A DNA stretch of 27,099 bases, taken from assembly GCF_004010195.1 (NCBI RefSeq), contig NC_057759.1, positions 3,723,044 to 3,750,142 of the forward strand. The letters are read 5' to 3'. Below, in pieces: positions 18,710 through 27,099 of this stretch (positions are counted from its first letter, which is position 1; every line of letters begins with the position of its first letter). The position numbers and the translations under genes were made by a program. This DNA is from Chiloscyllium plagiosum (Eukaryota). The notes beneath the pieces were generated by a model. That model was not told where the DNA came from and made no database searches. It saw only the letters and a list, made by a program, of their open reading frames with translations.

Positions 18710-19790
18710 AAAGTCATGGAGTCATACAGTATGATAACAGGCCAGTCGGCCCAACTCATCCATGCCAATCAACTTTCCTAAAATAAACTATTACCATATT
18801 CCTGCGTTGGACGTACATCCCACTCAAACTTTGCTCCCTAAGGATCTGTCCAAATGTCTTAAAAATAATTGCATCCACCTCCACCACTGTCTCTGGAAGC
18901 TAGTTCCATATGCACATCACAATTTCTGTGAAGAAGTTGCCCCTCAGTTCCCTCTTAAATCTATCCTTCTCACATTCAAATATGCCCTCTAGGTTTGGAC
19001 TCTGCTACCCAGGGGAAACAAACTTGGCTATTCACCTTACCTATGTCCCTTGTGAGTTTATTTGGAGACATCTGTATGTTCAACCCGTTAGCTTTTGACG
19101 CACCAGGGAGAAGAAAAAGCCCCACATTACCCAGGCTCTCTTTACTACTGAACCCATCCAGTTTTGATAACACTATGGCATTTTTTTCACCCATTCCTGT
19201 TTTTTATCGATTGGATTAGATTATCTACAGTGTGGAAACAGGCCTTTCGGCCCAACAAGTCCACACCGACCGCCGAAGCGCAACCCACCCAGACCCATTC
19301 CCCGACAGCTAACACTACAGGCAATTTAGCATGGCCAATTCACCTAACCTGCACATTTTTGGACTGTGGGAGGAAACCGGAGCACCAGGAAGAAAACCAC
19401 GCAGACACGGGGAGAATGTGCAAACTTTATATTTCCTTCAACAATTGTACACAGTATTCGAAACGTGGCCTGACCAATATATTATACAGCTGCAGCCAGA
19501 AACCCTGACTCCTGTACTTTGTGCTCTGACCAATGAAGGCAAGCATGCTAAATGACTTCTTTACCATCCTGTCTATCATGTACAAGAAACTGTGCAGCTG
19601 AACCTCTAACTCTATCTGTTCGACAACATTCCATCGTGTCCTACCATTAACAGTATAAGCCCTGCCCTGGTTTGTCTTAAGAAAATGCAATACCTTGCAT
19701 TTATCTGAATTAAATTCCATCTGCCACTTCTCAGCCCATTGGCCCAGCTGATCAAGATCACATTGTACTCTTGTCCACTATAATTTTGAT
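18710..19790 (-). mobile_element. CR1 3' fragment interrupted by a SINE
   Basis: MEFNSDKCKVLHF..LYNILVRPRFEYCVQL (ORF 19427..19720); reverse tail agtcatggagtcatacag. Confidence 0.88.
19209..19426 (-). mobile_element. HE1-type SINE, 5'-truncated, inserted in CR1
   Basis: gattagattatctacagtgtggaaacaggcctttcggcccaacaagtccacacc...cacggggagaatgtgcaaact. Confidence 0.9.
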
Positions 19791-20239
19791 GCACATATTG
19801 AATGCATGAGCTCCGAGAAATCTGGAGGTACGACAGCTATATCTTTCTTTGAGGCACGTCCAGTCATCAGCAGTGACACACAATCTCATGTTCGTTACTC
19901 TCGACCAAGACCCCTGCCAGTCACCCCTTCTAGTTCCAATTTCAAGCCCATCATAAATAGGAACAGAAATAAGGCACTTGGCCCCTGTGCCTGCTCCACC
20001 ATCCAAAGGAATAGTGCCTGATCCGACACTACTGGCAGTTTGTATCGATTGCACCTAGCACCATAACTATCCATTCATTCTTCTGTTTGGCACCTGATTT
20101 AGCACTTATCACCCTCTCGACTCATCACCAGCAATTCTTTCCTTTATTTTCTATCTTTTTCTCACATAGCAGCTGCTCTGTCACGATTTCTATTTCTGGG
20201 AACTGTCTACAGCATCAGTGTCCCTCTTTCACGATTGTT

Positions 20240-20432
20240 TTCAGACGAATGAATGGTCACAAAACTCAAAATGCCTATTTATCTCTCTCTCTCTTTGTCT
20301 TTTTACAGATGCCGCCAGACGGGCTGAGTTTCTCCAATACGTTCTGTCATTGTAATCTGTAACTTTAACTGTTTCTTCCTCTCACTCCACAGATTCTGCC
20401 AGACATGCTGATTTTCTCAAGCACTTTCTTTG
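20240..20432 (+). mobile_element. Penelope-like terminal-repeat remnants (two partial tandem copies)
   Basis: acagatgccgccagacgggctgagtttctccaa and acagattctgccagacatgctgattttctcaa. Confidence 0.55.
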
Positions 20433-21134
20433 AAATGATAATGTTAACTTTGTTTCTCTAAATAAATTAGATTTAATGCTTCAAGTACAGTCACCCTGCT
20501 TTACAACTCATAGTAATTTGGATAAAATGATATTTATGCTGAAGACAGGGGATTGGGTGGGGGGAGGGCAGAAATGTATTCACCCAGTCATTATTCTGTC
20601 CATGAAGAGGGACGGTATTTTCTTTCCTGTAATACTTGCCAGTTAGTTAACGTAGTTGGCAGGATGGCCAGTTTGCAATACAGGTTGCCAAAACTTTCTA
20701 GCCCTTGACTTCAACTTATGTGCTCCATTATCAATCCTTCCATCAAGGGTAAAAGTTTCTTCCTTTCTACACTGTCTATGCACCTCATCACTTGATACAT
20801 CTCAATCATGTTCCCCCACCGTCTCAATCTCCTCTGTCCAAAGCAAAACAAACTCAGTCTACTCACACAGAGGGAGAGAGATCCATGTTATTTTGATTAG
20901 TGGGTTTTTTTATGGTGCAGTCATAATGGACTGAATAGTCTTTTTTCCTGTGGGACTGTCGATCTCACTACAATTAGACTTGTGCAAGTAGATTCTTTTG
21001 ACATGTTTAGATGTGAATGATGGAACTATCTGTTGAATCCTTGCGCATCCTGACACTAAACCTTTGCTTGTGGTGCAAAATCTAGTTGGATAACACTAAA
21101 ATTGTGTATCTACGTCTGGTATTTGTGCACCGTC

Positions 21135-21270
21135 TTGTCACAGTCACACAGATCCACAGCACAGAAAAATAAGCAATGATCTATCTATCCTGATCACATT
21201 TTTCCGGCACTTGGCACATAACATTGTGTGTCTTGGCATTGCAAATGTCCCACTAAATGCTTCTTTAATA
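21135..21270 (-). mobile_element. Old CR1 3' end
   Basis: Minus strand aagaagcatttag..ccaagtgccggaaaa..ttctgtgctgtggatctgtgtgac. Confidence 0.55.
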
Positions 21271-22449
21271 CTCACTCTCTCAGGAAATTGTCAATTTCAA
21301 TTTCATTCTATCCATCCAGCTTTGCTTTAAACTCGATGATCTCTTTACACATTGCATCCTCTCACTTTCTCTCTGTAATCAGCCCGCTCTCTGCCTTTTT
21401 GTTACACTTGTACCCTTTTCCGACGTACCCTTGTTTTCTTTCTTATGCTCAAATACTATATGTTGCATTATATTTAACTGAAGAAGGCTTATGTTAAATT
21501 TCTTTGTGTCTGGAAGAAAGACACATTCTAACATCTGCAATAAAATCAGAAACACGTTTGCACTTGGTCTCAGATTTTGGATATTTGACAGCAGGATAAA
21601 TGGAACATAGGAATAAGACTACGTCATTCAACCCCTCGAGCCTAATGGAGGGATTGATGTCTGGGCGAATAGAATGAAGGTGATGGTCACAAAATTTTGA
21701 GAGGATGCATTACAAATTATCCATCCTCCGATCTAACTTAACTAACTGGCAAGTGTTATAGGAAAGATGGTTTTGTGGACTTCATTAGGGACTATTTGAT
21801 AACCTAATATGAAAGAGGTTATTTTAAAAATAGGCACATATAAAAAGGCTGGATTGATAATAGATCACATGGTTAACCGTTCTCTGCGGTTATTGATTAA
21901 AATATGCTGAGGGTTCAAATTAAGTTTCTCTTAGAACAACTCAACTCCTCAAAATGTTTCCTCAAGATTAAACAACGTAAGGTCAGAGGGGACAAAGAAA
22001 AGAGAATAAAGGGAAGATCCATGGATAACCAGTGCCCAACGTGGAATCAGTATTTCAAAGCCATCGTTGCGAATAAATGGTTCAGGTCAAAATGCAGAAC
22101 TCAACAAGAAAGCAGAATCACATATTGTTGACAAAGGGGATTAAGGAAAGGTATTCAATATAAAAAAAATTAAGTGGACAAAGCAGCAAATCCTCGAGGT
22201 AGATCAGAAAATTGGGCATATTTCAGGAACACTGAGATGGTGATTAAACACAAGTAAGTATGATGATAAAAGAAAATTTTTAAGAAACATAAAAATACAC
22301 AAAACTTCTATGTTTTCGTGAAAGAGAAGAGAGTAGCAATCTGTAGAAAATGCTGCAGGGTCTGCAGAATTTTGGAAGATGCTCATCAATGCATCTAATG
22401 TTTCTAAGATCACTTCATTCCCCACTCTCGGATGTTGATTATCAGGTCC

Positions 22450-22658
22450 TGGGGTGTGGAGTGTGGTGTTGGAAAACACAGAGAGACAGGCTGCATCCGT
22501 GGAGCAGGTAAATCAAAGTTCGTCAGGATTCCTGATGAAGAGCTTTTGCCCAAAACGTAGATTTTCCTGCTCTTCGGATGCTGCCAGATTTGCTATGCTT
22601 TTCCAGCACTGCACTCTCGACTCAAATCTCCAGCATCTCCAGTCCTCAATTTCGCCTG
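22450..22658 (+). mobile_element. Older 5'-inverted Penelope-like terminal-repeat insertion
   Basis: Imperfect inverted arms (gtgtggtgttggaaaacaca..gcatccg.. versus ..cggatgctgcc..tgcttttccagcact) around cctgatgaagagcttttgcccaaaacg. Confidence 0.8.
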
Positions 22659-22679
22659 GGTCCTAGTGTTTATGCACCA

Positions 22680-23540
22680 TTAATGCCATTATTTACTCCA
22701 GCACCAAATCCTTCCTAATAATGATACTATTCACTTTTCCTGACCATTCCACCTTTAGTTCTTTAACATTTCTGGGAACTGACTTCATCTTTTATGAAAA
22801 CAGAAGCAAAACATTTGATAAAATCTTCTGCCATTTCTTTATTCCCCAGTATAATTTCACTTCACGTCTGACAGCACTGGACCTCCATTTATCATTATAA
22901 GCTGCTTCTTCTGACATATTTATGGGTGTTTTTAAAGTTAATTTCTATGTTCAGTGCAATTTGCTCTTCCATGCTACTTTTCCTTCTTCAACATTTATTT
23001 TTGCTGCTTTCTAATATGAACTCGATCCTTAGACTTGCTGTTATCTTTGCTCTGACAATTTTACATCTCTCTGTTTGAAGCACTACTCTCCGTAATCTCT
23101 TTGGCAACACATAAGTGAACCACCTTTTTAAAAAAAATTGTGTCAGATGGGAACGAGTAATTGTTGTAATTCATAGGGTGCTATCTTCAACATGAACCAT
23201 TCCCTATCCGTCGTAATCCACTTTAATAAGACTCCACAATCTATCCTTGCCAATTCATGTCTCTTACACTCATTGTTCCTTTCATTTAGGATTCTAGTTT
23301 CTAGTTCACTACTTGATTCTTCATCTTCATGAATAATGTTGTTATATAATTGCAATCCATCTCAAGTATCCGGCCATAACAAGCCTGTTAATGCATTGTT
23401 TCTCATCGCGCATTGTACCATCGAGAACAGTCTGTTGGCTAGTTGGTTCTTCAAAGCTGTTTTGGAACAACCAGACGCCATCATCATATTTCAAGAAGGT
23501 AGCCCCGACCCCAACTTTGCTAGATATTTTAAGCAGGTTT
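22680..23540 (-). mobile_element. CR1 ORF2 internal fragment (end of endonuclease to linker)
   Basis: Minus-strand translation EEPTSQQTVLDGTMRDEKQCINRLV.. then ETRILN..RHELARID..LLK (ORF 23143..23355) matches the CR1 EEPT..LD..NE and ETR.LN..LA.IDW pattern. Confidence 0.7.
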
Positions 23541-24065
23541 AGTGTGAATATTCCAGGAGTGATGCACTTATTTTTTTAAAAAAACATAATTTTTTGCACC
23601 ATTTCCGAATGAGACATAAGCAGAAGAGAATATAATGTAGAATATCGTTGTCATTCCAAAAATCTAACAGATGACCCCAACTTAATGATGTTATTGCAAA
23701 TATTTGCAACAATTCCCATGCACATACACTTGCTAAAAAAGAAAATCACCACAGGTTGTTACATGAGACAGAGAGATGGTAGGCATATTCAGCATGGAGC
23801 ACCTTCTTCCATGGAGCTGTTTCTTTTACCAGCAGCCTCAAAACTGGTTGAGTAGCTGTTCTGAACCCAAAGCAAACCAGCGTTAAGCTAAGCGGGGAGA
23901 ACTGGCCATACACCTTTCATTGCACAAGTATTGTTTTTAAAAGTTGAAAGCTTGCTAAAGTAGATCAACGCAGCAAATTTGCAACCTATGTGACCCCTGA
24001 AAAAAAGGACAATGTAACCTTGTTTAAGTGAGCATCATCATCACAAGTTATTCTTCTAAAGTAAA

Positions 24066-24102
24066 ACACACACGCAGTCACACAGACACACACAGACACA
24101 CA
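24066..24102 (+). repeat. Imperfect (CA)n microsatellite
   Basis: cacacacgcagtcacacagacacacacagacacaca. Confidence 0.75.
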
Positions 24103-24239
24103 AACTTGGAAATACAACATCATTTTGTCTTTTTTTCTTAACCATATATAAGTTAGTCACCCAGAATTACGGTTACACCATTACTACAGAAATCTCTGTT
24201 GTCTTGCTTAATGACTGAATATTCTTGTTTTGAAGTAAA

Positions 24240-24872
24240 ATGGAATGCTACCATTTCTTTTAAGAGAATTTGAGTACAGGAGCAGTAAAGTCTTATTTCA
24301 CAACGGACTTTGGTCAGGCTGCACCTGCAGAACTTGTGCAGTTTTGTCTCTATATCTCAGGAAAGATGTACTGCCTATGCAGAGAAAGCCATGAAGATTC
24401 ACCAGACTTCGTGAATAACCAGCCTTGGAGCAATATCCTATGAAGAGAGGTGGCCAAACTGGGCCTGTATTATCGAGGGATATGATGGATGTGCAGCGAT
24501 GTCATTGAAAATATCGTAACACAATCCTTAAAGGGAAGGATATGGTATATAGGTTTATTATTTACTAGCTGCGAGAGCCGAGAACTAGTCAGATTGTTGA
24601 AATGAGTGGGACTTCTGTTCAAGATGAGGATTTACTTTGTTTTGCTCAATGGATCATAATCGTTCAGAAATCTGTACTTACAGGGGGGTAGGGTTTCCCC
24701 ATCACTGTGTATGTTTAAGGTAGAAGCTGATCGATTTCTAATTACCAATCATTAACTGCCTTTTGGGAATGGAGTGTGTAAAATGCAGTGAAGTGCTTGA
24801 TTAGTTGTGATTATGTTCAATGGGATGGACGTTGAATGGGCTGAATGGCTGAATCTCCTGTTTCTACGTTCC
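24240..24872 (+). mobile_element. Decayed CR1 3' fragment
   Basis: gagaatttgagtacaggagc, ttggtcaggctgcacctg, tatctcaggaaagatgtact, gattcaccagact, tail gggctgaatggc..ctcctgtttcta. Confidence 0.75.
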
Positions 24873-26149
24873 TCTCTTGTTGGAAGCAGCACTTCCTGTT
24901 TATTTTGTTTTCTCGGAAAAGAACTCAAATATTTTCCATCCCTAATTAGAAAACTCTGCTGAGAAATGAAAAAAAAGTCTTGTCAGCTCAAAGACTTATT
25001 TTCTGAATTAATGCAATAGTTATGAAAAGCACTGTGTAAGAATACAGCTGTCCTTGTGTCAGGAAGTGACTGAAGATTAGTAAAGTCTGAGTCAAGCCTC
25101 ATCGAAGCAAACATGCCCAGGAAAGGTATCTGAAAGATCTGTGTTTCTGTAAATGACAACTTCAACACATTTCGTGAAAATAAATTCAATTCAATTCAGC
25201 TTATTTAACCCCTGACCCGGAAAAGCAGCATCGGTAACTTTTATTTTTCGTAAAATGCAAGTAAGGTGGAGTTCAACTGAAGAAATGATACATGTGAATA
25301 CAGAAAGATAGACAAACATAACATTTGCTGCTTAAATTTCAAACAGCGTTTTTCAAATGAAGTGCACACCCATCAGTATTACATCATTCCATTAACACTG
25401 TAACTCCTGAGCCCTGGTATAATGTACATGACTTAATTTATACCGTCATATATTTACCCACTGTGGTTAAAACATTAGTTAAGAAATATAAAAAAAAGTT
25501 GAACAAAGTGAAAAAAATAGAGTTCCCCTCAGCAAGTTTAAAAGTTAAAAATGTTCGAATCACAAAAGTTCAATTTTAACCTGTGTGTACAAAAAGGCTC
25601 CGGTTAGATTACAGAGTAGCGCAACGCTGTTGAAATGCTGATCAAGTAATGCACTGAAACGTTACACAATCTGGCAAAGCTTCCAACTGAATTTGTGTCA
25701 GAATTCAGAGGCATAAAACTTATTTTCTCAATTTTTTAAACCGTTGTTGTGATGGAACTGGAGAATCCTGCTAATGTTTGCATGCGACACCCGTGTCAAG
25801 AAGAGATAGGTATGGATTCTTCCCGGAAAACAAAACAGTCGTGAAGCTAGCAGCCTCTTCAGGCGCCTCTTTCCTCTCAGAGTGTGTGAACCGCGTTGCC
25901 AAATGATGCAAGAATCTCCACGTTATTTCTTAGTATCTTCCAATAACACATTGAAACCAACAGACTTTTTTTTCTTGAAATGTGTGAAAGTAGTTTTGCA
26001 ATTCCCACAAAATAAGAGAAAATGTGAACCGAAATAAAACTGTATTGGTATTTCAGGTCGATGGGTATCAAAGCTGCTTGGAATTTCATCTCGAGCAATA
26101 GACAGAAATGTGTCCAGAAACATTTTTAAAAAATGTTTTCACATATGAC

Positions 26150-26320
26150 CAGGCTAAATCGCCCATAATGCTTCGGGATATGTAGGTTAAGTGAATTAGT
26201 CAGGGGTAAAGAGAGGAAAATAAGGTAGGGAATGGTTCTGAGTGGTTTACCCTTTGGAGGGTCAGTGTGGACTTGTTGGGCCAAATGGTCTGTTCCACAC
26301 TCTAAGGATTCTATGAATCA
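26150..26320 (+). mobile_element. HE1-type SINE 3' part
   Basis: ggagggtcagtgtggacttgttgggccaaatggtctgttccacact..gattctatg. Confidence 0.8.
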
Positions 26321-26344
26321 CGTCACATTTGGTTTTAATTTTCA

Positions 26345-26696
26345 GGCGGCATGGTGACTCAGTGTCTAGCACTGCTGCCTCACAGCTCCAGGACCCGGCG
26401 CCAGGTTCAATTGCAGACTCGGGCGAAAATCAGTGTGGAGTTGGCACATTAGCCCCATGTCTGCGTGGGTTTCTTCCAGGTGCTCCGGTTTCCTCCCACA
26501 ATCCAAAGATGCGCAGGTTAGGTGAATTGGCTACGCTGAATCCATGTTCCTTGGTGTTTATGTTAGGTGCATTAGTCGGTGTAAATGTACCGTAAGAGGG
26601 TAGGGAATTGGGTCTGAGTTGGTTACTCTTCAGAGTGTCACAGCGGACCTGTTGGTTTGAAGGTCCTGTTTGCCCACTTGTAGGGATTCTAATTCT
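26345..26696 (+). mobile_element. Full-length HE1-type tRNA-derived SINE
   Basis: ggcggcatggtgactcagtg..agcactgctgcctcacagc (A-box-like), ggttcaattgc (B-box-like), gtgctccggtttcctcccacaatccaaagatgcgcaggttagg, tail tgtagggattctaattct. Confidence 0.9.
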
Positions 26697-27099
26697 GGAG
26701 GGAGGCAAAGCCAAAGAGCAATAAGCATTTAGTGATTCGGTACCAAATAGAAAGGGGACGGAAGAAGGTGGATAGGGGTGTCAAAAAGAAAGTAATTGAT
26801 AGAAAGGATATTGGAACATCCTGAATCTGATGTGAAAGAAAATTAGTAATGCTTTGATATTAAATATAATCTGTGCACTTTTCATCTGCAGTGCCTGACC
26901 TACAGGACATTGTGTGTTTTGTGTTTATACGATCATGGGACCACTATCAACAGCTTGATATAAGTGCACTCTCCTGTTGATTACTTTTATTGTTGTCAAA
27001 CATTACTTTGTCGTGACTTATCCAAAGGCTACATGAGAGTTTAAAGGAAATTGAATACAGCCAAGTTGCAAAACAGAGTCATATGACATATATGCAGCA

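Noticed and set aside
20584..20626. 43-nt minus-strand exon candidate that could join the 33-nt candidate at 18662
   Set aside because: Poor polypyrimidine tract and weaker donor; no recognisable product.
21276..21534. Minus-strand segment with good splice sites and a coiled-coil-like end (EIIEFKAKLDG*NEIEIDNFLR), suggesting a TRIM exon
   Set aside because: Stops in all frames, no RING, B-box or B30.2 exon seen nearby, and the text is equally CR1-like and abuts a CR1 tail.
23336..23579. Plus-strand ORFs in seemingly unique sequence
   Set aside because: The opposite strand translates to CR1 ORF2 remnants.
26345..26420. tRNA gene
   Set aside because: tRNA-derived SINE head continuing into the SINE body; no intact cloverleaf.
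26329..26714. Recurring ORFs of type MANSPNLHIFGLWEETGAPG (also 19331-19555 and 8474-8737)
   Set aside because: Spurious translations of HE1 SINE copies.
1..27099. CRISPR array, operon, rRNA or other prokaryotic or phage system
   Set aside because: No regularly spaced repeat-spacer array and no dense ORFs; content is spliceosomal exons plus vertebrate retroelements.

Overview
Eukaryotic, repeat-rich vertebrate DNA, most likely from a shark or other elasmobranch. This is inferred from HE1-type SINEs, shark-type CR1 LINEs and Penelope-like elements, all recognised from memory rather than by database search. There is a 933-nt assembly gap at 15690-16622. The ORF track misses the main feature: the 3' part of a spliced + strand gene for an inhibitory Ig-superfamily receptor. 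Six GT-AG exons join in phase without stops: 1880-2209 (C2-type Ig domain resembling LILR/KIR/GPVI/CHIR domains), 3736-3831 (uncharged transmembrane helix), three cytoplasmic micro-exons (10881-10908, 11081-11133, 12049-12083) and 13454-13591 (ITIM VTYAAL, distal YMDV, stop). The signal peptide and any further Ig domains lie upstream of the window. The tail resembles CEACAM1-L in sequence and in exon size and phase. Most of the remaining sequence is decayed, often nested retroelements. These include Penelope termini with hammerhead-ribozyme cores and a young insertion that captured 66 bp of flanking DNA. Repeat boundaries are approximate.
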